A DNA stretch of 64,000 bases, taken from NCBI GenBank assembly GCA_965228895.1, contig OZ245842.1, forward strand, positions 3,360,001 through 3,424,000, written 5' to 3'. The notes under the pieces were generated by a model. That model had not been told where the DNA came from. It worked only from the letters and a program-made list of their open reading frames with translations, and did no database searches. The position numbers and the translations under genes were made by a program. The stretch comes from Alphaproteobacteria bacterium (GTDB lineage: Bacteria; Pseudomonadota; Alphaproteobacteria; SP197). Shown here piece by piece: positions 48,349 through 57,316 of this stretch (positions are counted from its first letter, which is position 1; every line of letters begins with the position of its first letter).

Positions 48349-48816
48349 TCAGCCCGCCTTGGGCAGCCGCCCGTTGATCGCGTAGTCCAGGATCTGCACG
48401 ACCTGCTCGGGTTCTTCGGCAACGGCAAGCGCGGCGGCATCGACCTCTTTCAGCGCGTGCTGGTGTTCGGGCGGGTGCAGCACGATCAGGGGTTTGCCGA
48501 GCGCCGCCGCGTAACCGGCGTCGAAGGCGGCGTTCCATTGTTTGTACTTTTCGCCGAAGCGCACGACGACCAGGTCGGCGTCGCCGATCATGGTGCGGGT
48601 GCGCAGCGCGTTCACCTTGGCGCCCTTGTGGTCGTGCCAGAAGGCATCGTTTTCGGCGCCCAGGATACGCACGCCGCAATCGTCCGACGAATCGTGATCG
48701 GTGACCGGGCTGGTCAAGGTCACCGGCAGGTCGGCTGCCTTCACCGCGGCGTCGATACGCTCGCGCCAATCGGAGTGAATCTCACCCGACAGATAGACGT
48801 TCCAGATCTGGCCCAT
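48349..48816 (-). CDS. YtoQ family protein (nucleoside 2-deoxyribosyltransferase-like fold)
   Basis: VYLSGEIHSDWRE, VVRFGEKYKQWNAAFDAG, HALKEVD. Confidence 0.92.
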   Translation of the reverse strand: MGQIWNVYLSGEIHSDWRERIDAAVKAADLPVTLTSPVTDHDSSDDCGVRILGAENDAFWHDHKGAKVNALRTRTMIGDADLVVVRFGEKYKQWNAAFDAGYAAALGKPLIVLHPPEHQHALKEVDAAALAVAEEPEQVVQILDYAINGRLPKAG

Positions 48817-48910
48817 GGTTCAGGTTCCCTTGCGTTGCATACGAACCTGTCCCTAACACGCCAGGCTCCTGATGTCCTGCGCGTGGCGAGAGACCTTGGC
48901 AGCCGGTTAT

Positions 48911-49177
48911 CTAGAGCGGGTAGTCGCGCGCCGGATCGATGCCGGCGCTTTCCAGGAACTTTCTGATCTCGCGTACATGCGCGGGCTTCAGCGAGTGGCT
49001 GTCGTGGGCGATCTCGACGAAGTTGCTGTTCAGATGCAAACCGACCCGCCCGCCGTGGCGCTGGTCGACCTCGCCGCCCAGCTCCTTGATGACCGACTCC
49101 ACCGCGCGCGGCGCGATGTTGGCGCTGACCGGATGGGCAAAAAGCGCGTGAAGAACTTTGCGATGTCTGTGGTTCAT
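48911..49177 (-). CDS. HicA-like small protein
   Basis: MNHRHRKVLHALFAHPVSANI...LGGEV....GGRV...HVREIRKFLESAGI; GGAAGG RBS. Confidence 0.75.
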   Translation of the reverse strand: MNHRHRKVLHALFAHPVSANIAPRAVESVIKELGGEVDQRHGGRVGLHLNSNFVEIAHDSHSLKPAHVREIRKFLESAGIDPARDYPL

Positions 49178-49283
49178 GGGCCTTCCGTTGTTGTCGCGCC
49201 GGGGTTGAGCCGCCTCGCGGCCGGGCAGGCAAGACCGGCCGATCAGGACACCGCCATCTTTCACGCTCGCGGCAGCGCACGCG

Positions 49284-49297
49284 TTGACGTGGATCAA
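49284..49297. promoter_or_regulatory. FNR/FixK box upstream of the HicA-like gene
   Basis: TTGACGTGGATCAA; overlaps the DUF2061 stop codon. Confidence 0.7.
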
Positions 49298-49518
49298 GCA
49301 GGCGTCGGTGCGGGAACAACAACACGCCGGTCGGTGCACCGGCGGCGCCCTACCCGGGTCCAGACGCGCTCATGAAACGCGTAGAACACGGTCTGCACGA
49401 TCGGCTCGATCAAACCGATGCCCAAAGCGATCGTCCAGCTCTGGGTCAGCGCGAAGGCGACGCCGACAGCGACGACCAGATGCATGATGGCGTAGGTGAC
49501 GGTTTTGAGGGGCAGCAT
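49294..49518 (-). CDS. DUF2061 domain membrane protein
   Basis: KTVTYAIMHLVVA..VAFALT.SW.IALGIGLIEP.VQT..YAFHERVW. Confidence 0.9.
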   Translation of the reverse strand: MLPLKTVTYAIMHLVVAVGVAFALTQSWTIALGIGLIEPIVQTVFYAFHERVWTRVGRRRCTDRRVVVPAPTPA

Positions 49519-49544
49519 GGTGCAAGACTCAGATGCAATTGCGA

Positions 49545-49561
49545 CTTAGAATAATTATAGT
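49545..49561. promoter_or_regulatory. possible Irr (ICE)-like iron control element
   Basis: CTTAGAATAATTATAGT versus TTTAGAA-N3-TTCTAAA (10/14) in an AT-rich patch. Confidence 0.4.
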
Positions 49562-49598
49562 ATTTGGCATCTTCGATGGGAATGTCAAGCTGCTGTCT

Positions 49599-50753
49599 CT
49601 ACGCCCCCTCCCCGTCGCGTTGGCGCCAGGCGACGTCCTCATTGTGTTCGCCCAGATTTGGTGCGGGGCCGTCAGGCTTATCCTCTGCCCCTTCAACCTG
49701 GAACGGCGAGCGCAAGGTGGTGAGATCACCTTCCGTCGGATGTTTCTGATCAGCAAAGAAGCCGACATCCCGTAGATGCTCATCATCTTGAAGATCGGCC
49801 AGGCCCTGGACCGGCGCGCAGGGAACGTCGAGCTCGCGCAACACCTTCAACCACGCCTCGCTGGTCCGCTCCGGCATGACGTCGGCCACGATCTCATAGA
49901 GTTCGCCGACCCGTTCGCTCCGCTCGACCATATCCTGGACCCATTCGGCCTCGGCCAGATCCTGTCTGTCGATATGGTTTAGGAACCGCGTCCACTGCCC
50001 GGCGCTATAGGGCACAACGCAGATGAAGCCGTCCTTGGTCTTATAGGGCCGGCGATAGGGCGACAGCAGCCGCTCGTACCCGATACCGCCCAGCGGCGGC
50101 GTAAACGTCTGGCCGGCCAATTGTTCGACCATCAGGAACGACACCATGGATTCGAACATCGGCGCTTCGATCAGACAGCCCTTGCCCGTCGTGCGCTGGT
50201 GGAGAGCGCCGGCCAGGACCCCAAGCGCCAGGTGTAGGCCACTCACCTTGTCGCCGACGATCGTTGTCAAAAACCGCGGCTCGCCCGCGTCGTTGGTGTT
50301 GAGCGCGGCAAGCCCCGACACCGCCTGGATAACATCGTCATAGGCGGGCCAATCGCCGTAAGGCCCATCGCTACCGAAACCGGGCGCGGCGCAATAGACC
50401 AGCCGGGGATAACGCTTCGAGAGATCGTCATAGTCCAGACCCAGCCGCGCGGCCGCCGGCATCCGCATGTTGTGGACGAGCAAGTCGGCGTCTTCCAGAA
50501 GGCCCGCCAGCACCGCCTGGCCCTCTTCGGTCTTCAGATCCAGCGTCACCGAACGTTTGTTGCGGTTGAGGTTCAGGTATCCCGCGCCCATGGTCTCCGA
50601 GCGGCCCGGCCGCACATAACGATAGATGTCGCCACCCGGCGGCTCGACCTTGATGACATCGGCGCCCAAACCACCCAGAAGCTGTGTCGCGTAAGGGCCC
50701 AGCACCACGGCCGTCAGGTCGACGACACGAAGGCCGTGCAAAAGGTCGAACAT
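49599..50753 (-). CDS. family III CoA-transferase (CaiB/BaiF)
   Basis: GLRVVDL..V.LGPY, GADVIKVEPPGGD, LNRNKRS, PAYDDVIQA.SG. Confidence 0.93.
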   Translation of the reverse strand: MFDLLHGLRVVDLTAVVLGPYATQLLGGLGADVIKVEPPGGDIYRYVRPGRSETMGAGYLNLNRNKRSVTLDLKTEEGQAVLAGLLEDADLLVHNMRMPAAARLGLDYDDLSKRYPRLVYCAAPGFGSDGPYGDWPAYDDVIQAVSGLAALNTNDAGEPRFLTTIVGDKVSGLHLALGVLAGALHQRTTGKGCLIEAPMFESMVSFLMVEQLAGQTFTPPLGGIGYERLLSPYRRPYKTKDGFICVVPYSAGQWTRFLNHIDRQDLAEAEWVQDMVERSERVGELYEIVADVMPERTSEAWLKVLRELDVPCAPVQGLADLQDDEHLRDVGFFADQKHPTEGDLTTLRSPFQVEGAEDKPDGPAPNLGEHNEDVAWRQRDGEGA

Positions 50754-50798
50754 GGGTCGGGTGCTCCTCTCGATGCGCGGGCGCACAGCATCGCGGCG

Positions 50799-52469
50799 TC
50801 AGCGCCAGCCCGCAACCGAAAGACCCGAGCCGTAGTTTCCCGCGTCCTCCAGCACCATGGCCGCGCCCTTCATGCCGATCATCATGGACGGCACGTTCAA
50901 GCCGCCGGTAACGACGACCGGCATGATGGAGCTGTCGATCACCCGTAGGCCGTCGACGCCATGGACACGCAAGCGCGGATCAACGACCGCGTCATGGTCG
51001 ACACCCATCTTGCAGGTGCCGCAGCCATGGTGGTGGTTGGCGAAATAGGCGGCGGTGAACGCGTCGATCGCGTCGTCGCTCTGGACCTCCGGCCCCGGCG
51101 CGGTCTCCGGCCCGCGATAGGCGTCGAAAGCCGGCTGGGCATGCAGCGTGCGCGCCAGACGCAGTGCCTTGCGGTTCAGCACCCGGTCCGCCTCGTCGGT
51201 AAAGAAGTTGTTGGCGATGACCGGCGGGCTCTCCGGATCGGCCGAGCGCAGGCGCACGCTGCCCCTGCTTTTGGGATGCACCAACCCCCAGTGGATGTTG
51301 TAGCCGTGATGGCGCGGCTCATACGTTCCCTCCGCGTGCGCGTTGACCGCGACCGGAAAGATATAGAACTGCAGATCCGGCAGCGGCACACCCGGTGCGC
51401 TTTTCACAAGACCACTTGCCGCCATCGGAAAAAGCGAAAACGGTCCACGTGCGAGGACCAGCCATTCCAGCACCGCCAGCGCCGCCCAGGCGGGGTTCCG
51501 GTACCGGTAATAGGTGATGGGTTTGAGACAGTCATGCTGCACAAAGGAACCGATCTGGTCCTGCAGGTTGGCGCCGACACCCGCGAGGTCATGCACAACG
51601 TCGAGGCCGTGCTCCCGCAGATGCGTTGCCGGACCGATGCCCGACACCATCAACAGCTTCGGGCTCTGATAGGGCCCGGCGCTGACGATCACCTCGCGCC
51701 GCGCCTTCGCGATCTGCACAACGCCGCCCCAACGGTACCGCACGCCCATCGCGCGGTTGCCTTCAAACAGGAGCGTCTGGACGAGCGCGTGTTGGCGGAT
51801 CACCAGATTGCGTCGCCGCCAACGCGCCTTCATGAGGTGCGCGTAGGACGACGAACAGCGAAGCGCCGGCCAGTGATAATGGGTGTGCTGGCAGGGCGCG
51901 AAACCCTCGGGGTCTGCGCCGTTGAAGTCTGGACACAGGCGATAGCCCATCTGCCGACCGGCGTCGACAAAGGCGCTGAACAGCGGGTTGTCGTAGCGTC
52001 CGCGCGCGGTCCTCACCGGCCCGTCGGCGCCCCGATAGGCATCGCTGCCGCCCTCCCAGCTTTCCATTTGGCGGAACAGCGGCAACACGTCCTCGAACGA
52101 CCAGCCGGTGTTGCCCAGGCTCGCCCAGCGGTCGTAGTCGCCGGGGTGGCCACGGAAGCAGAGTTGGCCGTTGATGCTGGAGCTGCCGCCCAGGCACCGC
52201 CCGCGAGACAGCGTCAGCCGTTGGCCGCCCAGATGCGGCTCGGGCTCGCCGACGAAGGCCCAGTCCCAGCGCGTTTCCAGAAGCTGCGTCTCGCCGACCG
52301 GCGCGGCGATGAAGGGGTTGAGATCGCTACCGCCGGCTTCCAACAGCAGCACCGTGTACTTGCCCGAGGCCGAGAGTTTCTCCGCCAGCACACAGCCCGC
52401 GCTGCCGGCGCCGACGATGACGAAGTCGAACGCCTCCTCGGCACGGCTCTCTTGGCGCGGTAACGGCAC
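50799..52469 (-). CDS. GMC oxidoreductase
   Basis: FDFVIVGAGSAGCVLA, GRCLGGSSSING, HGCGTCKMG, VVDPRLRVHG. Confidence 0.92.
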   Translation of the reverse strand: MPLPRQESRAEEAFDFVIVGAGSAGCVLAEKLSASGKYTVLLLEAGGSDLNPFIAAPVGETQLLETRWDWAFVGEPEPHLGGQRLTLSRGRCLGGSSSINGQLCFRGHPGDYDRWASLGNTGWSFEDVLPLFRQMESWEGGSDAYRGADGPVRTARGRYDNPLFSAFVDAGRQMGYRLCPDFNGADPEGFAPCQHTHYHWPALRCSSSYAHLMKARWRRRNLVIRQHALVQTLLFEGNRAMGVRYRWGGVVQIAKARREVIVSAGPYQSPKLLMVSGIGPATHLREHGLDVVHDLAGVGANLQDQIGSFVQHDCLKPITYYRYRNPAWAALAVLEWLVLARGPFSLFPMAASGLVKSAPGVPLPDLQFYIFPVAVNAHAEGTYEPRHHGYNIHWGLVHPKSRGSVRLRSADPESPPVIANNFFTDEADRVLNRKALRLARTLHAQPAFDAYRGPETAPGPEVQSDDAIDAFTAAYFANHHHGCGTCKMGVDHDAVVDPRLRVHGVDGLRVIDSSIMPVVVTGGLNVPSMMIGMKGAAMVLEDAGNYGSGLSVAGWR

Positions 52470-52498
52470 GGCGTAGCGTCGATGTCAGCGGCGCGCGG

Positions 52499-53767
52499 TC
52501 AGCGTTTGATGATGACCTCGCGGCTCAGGTTCGAGAACCGCTCGCAGCCCGTCTCCGTCACCACGATCGATTCGGAAAACCCGATGCCGAACTCCCGGTA
52601 CTTCAGACACAGCGGCGGCATGTGAAAGGTCATGCCGGGCTCCAGCGGCCGGTGTTCCTCCTGGCGCAGCGAGATGATCTCGCCCTCGCCCCAGTCGGGC
52701 GGATAGCTGACGCCGATCGAGTAACCCAGCCGGTTGCGGTGATAGTCGCCGAAACCCGCCTTTTGCGTCACCGCCCGCGCGGCGGTGTCGGCCTCGTGCG
52801 GCGTCGCGCCCGGCTTGATCGTCTCCAGCGCGGCCTCGACCGCGCCGATGCAGGCCTCGGCCGCGCGCACCCATTCGTCCTTCGGATTGCCGACAAAGAT
52901 CGTGCGCATCAGCGCCGCGGTATAGCGGTGCTTCGACGCCGAGATCTCGAAATACATGAGGTCGTCGTCGGCGAGCCGGTTGGCGCCGCCGGTCTGGTGC
53001 GGCAGACAGGAGCGTTCGCCCGCCAGGACGAAAGGCGGCAGCCCCATGTATTCGCCGCCATTTTCGAACAGCGTCTTGTTGACGACGGCGTTGATGTCGT
53101 CGCCGCTGGCGCCGGGACGGGTCGCGTCCCAGCCCGCCTCCATAGCAAGATCGACAAGGTGCGCGGACTTGCGCATCACCGCGACTTCCTCATCCGACTT
53201 CACCATGCGCGTATCCCACAGGATCTCGGTCGCATCGACATAGGTGTTGTCCGGCAGATCGGCGAGCAGGGTCTCGTGTTCATCGACCGTATAGAAGAAC
53301 CCGTGCTTTTCGACGCCGATGCGTTTGCCGGTATCCAGACCCAGTTGGCGCAGCACGTTGACCGTGACGCTGGGCGGGTGGTCCCAGTCATAGACCTTGG
53401 CGATCTTCGTGCTCCAGGCGAACTCCGGCGAGTTGATCCATTCGAAGTCGCGCAGCAGAAACACCGGTTCGCCGTCCTTCGGCACGACGACGCAGTGGTA
53501 CTTGTAATAGCCCGGCGTCTCGTAGCCGCTGAAATACGTGATGTTTTCGGGGCTGCGGACGAGCAGAGCGTCCAGATCGTGCTTGGCCATCGCCGCGCGG
53601 ATGACGTCATAGCGGCGGATGTATTCCTCCGGCGAAAACGCCAGGCGGTCGTGCACGATCATCGGCAGCTCGTAACCGGACTCCGTCCGCCGCGTCGTCC
53701 TCTGGAACGTGACGTGTTCGGTGTGGTCGGCGACGTCGAAAATCTCGCGGTCATTGTCGAGAGCCAT
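52499..53767 (-). CDS. M24 (creatinase/ectoine hydrolase DoeA-like) amidohydrolase
   Basis: FSPEEY.RR, PENITYFSGY, RMVKS.EE, RLGYSIGVSYPPDWGEG, PGMTFH, SESIVVTETG. Confidence 0.87.
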   Translation of the reverse strand: MALDNDREIFDVADHTEHVTFQRTTRRTESGYELPMIVHDRLAFSPEEYIRRYDVIRAAMAKHDLDALLVRSPENITYFSGYETPGYYKYHCVVVPKDGEPVFLLRDFEWINSPEFAWSTKIAKVYDWDHPPSVTVNVLRQLGLDTGKRIGVEKHGFFYTVDEHETLLADLPDNTYVDATEILWDTRMVKSDEEVAVMRKSAHLVDLAMEAGWDATRPGASGDDINAVVNKTLFENGGEYMGLPPFVLAGERSCLPHQTGGANRLADDDLMYFEISASKHRYTAALMRTIFVGNPKDEWVRAAEACIGAVEAALETIKPGATPHEADTAARAVTQKAGFGDYHRNRLGYSIGVSYPPDWGEGEIISLRQEEHRPLEPGMTFHMPPLCLKYREFGIGFSESIVVTETGCERFSNLSREVIIKR

Positions 53768-53897
53768 GGCGGTGCACTCCGTTCTCCAGGTGATCCGGCC
53801 ATGCTAGGCGGCTGCCAGCCCGCCACGTATTGCCATCGGTCTACATTTACTTTTAGGATTCTCAAACTAACAGGGTCATTCAAGGAAGGTTTCCGCC

Positions 53898-54812
53898 ATG
53901 CAACGGGTCTCCGATGTCGACCTGCGTCTTCTGCGCGTCTTTGTCGCCGTTGCCGATGCCGGCGGTTTCGCGGCGGCGAGCGCGCATCTCAACGTCTCCG
54001 TTTCGACCATCTCGATTCACATGACGAATCTGGAAACCCGGCTGGGCATGCGCCTGTGCGAGCGCGGGCGCGGCAGGTTCAAGCTCACCGAGCGCGGCCG
54101 GCTGGTCTACCGCGAGACCATGTCGATGCTGAAGTCGCTCGATGACTTCGCCGGCACGCTCGCCGGCGTCAAAAGCATGCTGGCGGGCCGGCTCGCCATC
54201 GGCATTTCCGATGCGCTGGTCAGCCACCCCAACTTTTCGATCAGCGACGCCATCCGCCGCTTCAACGCGATCGACAACGACGTCCAGGTCGAGCTGGTCG
54301 TCGCCGCCAAGCAGAACCTGGAGCACGACGTGGTCGACGGGCGCATCCACATGGCGATCGGCCCCTTTGTGCGCAACAAATCGGGCCTTGCCTTCACGCC
54401 GCTGTTCCGCGAAGCCCACGACCTCTACTGCGGCACCGGCCACCCGCTCTTCAAAGCCACCAAACGCCAGGCCGAAAAGGCCGACCTTTCCCAGCACCGC
54501 GCGGTCGTGCGCCTCTATCATCAGGAGTTCGACCTCGCCCGGCTCGGTGTGGTGCGCGAAGCGGCGACCGTCAACAGCATGGAAGGCATGCTCTCCCTGC
54601 TGTTGTCGGGCGGCTATATCGGCTACCTGCCGCACCACTACGCCGGCCCCTGGGTCGAGGCCGGCCGTCTGGCGCCCGTAAGAAAGAACGATATGACCTA
54701 TGAGTCCCAGCACGGCCTGATCACCAAGCCGGGCAAGCGTCATTCGCTGGCCCTCGACACCTTCGTGGCGATCGTCCGCGACCAGCCGGCGGCCAAAACC
54801 AAGGCCGCGTGA
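53898..54812 (+). CDS. LysR family transcriptional regulator
   Basis: DLRLLRVFVAVADAGGFAAA...STISIHM..LETRLGMRLCERGR. Confidence 0.95.
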   Translation: MQRVSDVDLRLLRVFVAVADAGGFAAASAHLNVSVSTISIHMTNLETRLGMRLCERGRGRFKLTERGRLVYRETMSMLKSLDDFAGTLAGVKSMLAGRLAIGISDALVSHPNFSISDAIRRFNAIDNDVQVELVVAAKQNLEHDVVDGRIHMAIGPFVRNKSGLAFTPLFREAHDLYCGTGHPLFKATKRQAEKADLSQHRAVVRLYHQEFDLARLGVVREAATVNSMEGMLSLLLSGGYIGYLPHHYAGPWVEAGRLAPVRKNDMTYESQHGLITKPGKRHSLALDTFVAIVRDQPAAKTKAA

Positions 54813-54948
54813 GGGCTCGCGACCCGTCCGTCAACTTGGTTTCAGAGGTGTAGAAGTAAGAAGGCAAAGGTATCGCTCTCCCGCCCTCGCCTTCCGCTTG
54901 CCCGAGGTCGGCGTTAGACTGGTCTTCACACTGCCGGATGGAGTCGTC

Positions 54949-55938
54949 GTGGTTGCCAACACCCAGGAAACGTCGCCGGAGCCCGCGAACACGAACCAGG
55001 CCGCCGGCCTCACCGTCGAGCCGCTCGACAGCGCGGCCTTTGGCGCGATGGTGCGTGGCCTTGATGCGGGCGCCATCACCAACGACCAGAAGGCGGCGAT
55101 CTGGCAGGCCTATAAGGCCGCGCATGGGCTCTTGTGTTTTTCCTTCGACCGGCTCCTGGAGCGCGAGGAGTTGCACGCGCTGACCGCCATCTTCGGCGAG
55201 AACGAGTACGCGCCGGGCGTCGTCAACGGCATCGGCAAGCGCGCCCTGCCCGGCGAGGAAGACCAGTCCGTCGAGGAACAGCTCGCCGCCGTGCGCGCCC
55301 GCGGCGAGGACCCGTTCATCTCCTATATCGGCAACCTGAACCCCGCGACGCTGAAGCGCGAGGCGACTGACCCGAACTTTTTCGGCGAATGGGAATGGCA
55401 CACCGATATGTCCTATATCGACGTGCCGCCAACCTTCAGCCTGCTGCACGCACGCCAGATTCCCGCTGAGGGCGGCGATACCGGTTTCTGCAGCCAGGTC
55501 ATGGCCGCGCGCCACCTGCCCGACGATCTGCGCCGCAGGATCGAAGGCCGCCGGCTGAAACACGATTCCACATACAGCAGCAACGGCACGTTGCGGCCGG
55601 GCATGACGGTGCCCGCCTCACCCATCGAGGCCGAGGGCGCAGTCCATCCGATTCTGCGCACCGTCCCCAGCACCGGCGAGGAAGCGCTCTACCTCGGCCG
55701 GCGCACCAACGCCTATATCGTGGAGATGCCGCTTGCCGAGAGCGAGGCGCTGATCGATGCGCTCTGGGCGCACGCAGCCCAGGACGCGTTCTGCTACCGC
55801 CACCACTGGCGCGAGGGCGAGGTCGTCGTCTGGGATAACCGCATGCTGCTGCACAAGCGTTTTCCCGTCGACGAGAGCCTCGACCGCTTCATGTGGCGCA
55901 CCCAGACCAAAGGCGAAGCCGTCGTCGCCGCCGGCTGA
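54949..55938 (+). CDS. TauD/TfdA family 2-oxoglutarate-dependent dioxygenase
   Basis: WHTDMSY, GGDTGF, HPILRT, H.W..G.VVVWDNR..LH.R; GGAG RBS before GTG 54949. Confidence 0.92.
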   Translation: MVANTQETSPEPANTNQAAGLTVEPLDSAAFGAMVRGLDAGAITNDQKAAIWQAYKAAHGLLCFSFDRLLEREELHALTAIFGENEYAPGVVNGIGKRALPGEEDQSVEEQLAAVRARGEDPFISYIGNLNPATLKREATDPNFFGEWEWHTDMSYIDVPPTFSLLHARQIPAEGGDTGFCSQVMAARHLPDDLRRRIEGRRLKHDSTYSSNGTLRPGMTVPASPIEAEGAVHPILRTVPSTGEEALYLGRRTNAYIVEMPLAESEALIDALWAHAAQDAFCYRHHWREGEVVVWDNRMLLHKRFPVDESLDRFMWRTQTKGEAVVAAG

Positions 55939-55962
55939 CCCACGCCGGCATCAAGCGCAAAC

Positions 55963-56994
55963 CTAACGTACGATCAAACAGCTGCACGGCGCCGTGTGGT
56001 TCACCTTGTAGGACACGCTGCCGGCGAAGACGCCTTCGACGGCGCCCAGGCCGCGGCTGCCCATGGCGATCATGTCGACCTTGCGGCGCCGGGCGACGTT
56101 GACGATCGTGCGCGCGGGATCGCCCTCGCGCAGCACCAGCTTCGGCACCGGCGCGCCCTTGGCCTCGGCGGCACGGCGCGCACTCTCCAGGACATACTCG
56201 CCGACCTCCTTGAACGTGCGTTTCGACACGACCGGCGGAAACAGACCGCTGCTCAAGCTCTCGGCGACCGGATGGCGCGCGGGGTCGAGTTCCTCGCGCG
56301 CGATGGCGCTCAGCTTGTCGATGTCGACCGAGGCGCGTAGGTGTTCCAGCGATGGGCCGCGCCAGATCGCATAGAGCACGACCAACTCGGCGCCGTACTT
56401 GGCGGCGATGTCGCTTGCCAGATCGACCGCCCTGCCGGCCGCGTCCGAACCGTCGGTCGGCACCAGGATGGAGCCGACACCGTCAAGCGGCGGTTGGCCG
56501 GCGCGCCGGTTGACGGTGACGCACGAACACGGCGCGGTGTGGAAGACCTTGTGTGACACGCTGCCCAGAACCAGGCCCTTCAGGGTGCCAAAACCGCGGC
56601 TGCCCATGACGATAAGATCGGCGGACCGCTCCCTGGCGAGCTGTATGATCCGATCACCGGGATCGCCCGCCTCAAGGACCGTCTCGGCGCGCTTGACGCC
56701 CTTGACCTCGGCCGCCTCGCGCGCTTTGCGCAACATGACGTGCCCCATGTATTCGAGGCCGCGCAGGAACTGCGGCTGATAGGTCGGGATGCCCGTCACC
56801 TCGCCGCTCGCCTCGACCTCCTCAAGCTCGCGCTCGGCTTCATTCAAAAGGTCCTCCGGCACGTCATCGTTGCCGTCGCCGACATGCAGCATAAGCAGTT
56901 CGGCGTCGTAGCGCGCGGCCAGATCGATGCCCAGGTCCAGCGCCATCTCGGCGTGTTTCGAACCGTCGATCGGTGTGACGATGGTGCGGATCAT
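55963..56994 (-). CDS. universal stress protein (tandem USP domains)
   Basis: Two copies of I..P.DGS...DLIVMGSRG...GSVS.KV.H.APCSC. Confidence 0.93.
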   Translation of the reverse strand: MIRTIVTPIDGSKHAEMALDLGIDLAARYDAELLMLHVGDGNDDVPEDLLNEAERELEEVEASGEVTGIPTYQPQFLRGLEYMGHVMLRKAREAAEVKGVKRAETVLEAGDPGDRIIQLARERSADLIVMGSRGFGTLKGLVLGSVSHKVFHTAPCSCVTVNRRAGQPPLDGVGSILVPTDGSDAAGRAVDLASDIAAKYGAELVVLYAIWRGPSLEHLRASVDIDKLSAIAREELDPARHPVAESLSSGLFPPVVSKRTFKEVGEYVLESARRAAEAKGAPVPKLVLREGDPARTIVNVARRRKVDMIAMGSRGLGAVEGVFAGSVSYKVNHTAPCSCLIVR

Positions 56995-57187
56995 GCAAGT
57001 CTCCAATCCTGACGTGTTGGCAACGAACGTCTGCGGCGCCCGGCATCGGATCAAGACGTCCGCGCGGCGCCATGGCAGAATGGCGCGACCGACCAGACAT
57101 CGACGCGGTCGCAGACGCCCAGGCGTTTCCAACAACGCCTATCCCAACAGAACACGACAAGCTTAGGACGCCGAGGCCGCGGTTACG

Positions 57188-57201
57188 TTGATCTACGTCA
57201 A
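57188..57201. promoter_or_regulatory. FNR/FixK box between the USP and ADH genes
   Basis: TTGATCTACGTCAA; minus-strand TAAGCT at 57160-57165 at class II spacing. Confidence 0.78.
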
Positions 57202-57316
57202 CACCGCACGGGCCGGCCACTCTCTCGCTTTTCCCGGTTGACCCTGCCGATCGATGTTGTTTGTGTCTGATCTGCTACAAACATGCGCGGCCTCAAGCGG
57301 ATAGAGGGTGACCATC

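Noticed and set aside
57267-57280. Second FNR box upstream of the ADH gene (CTGATCTGCTACAA)
   Set aside because: Three mismatches to the consensus; too weak to call
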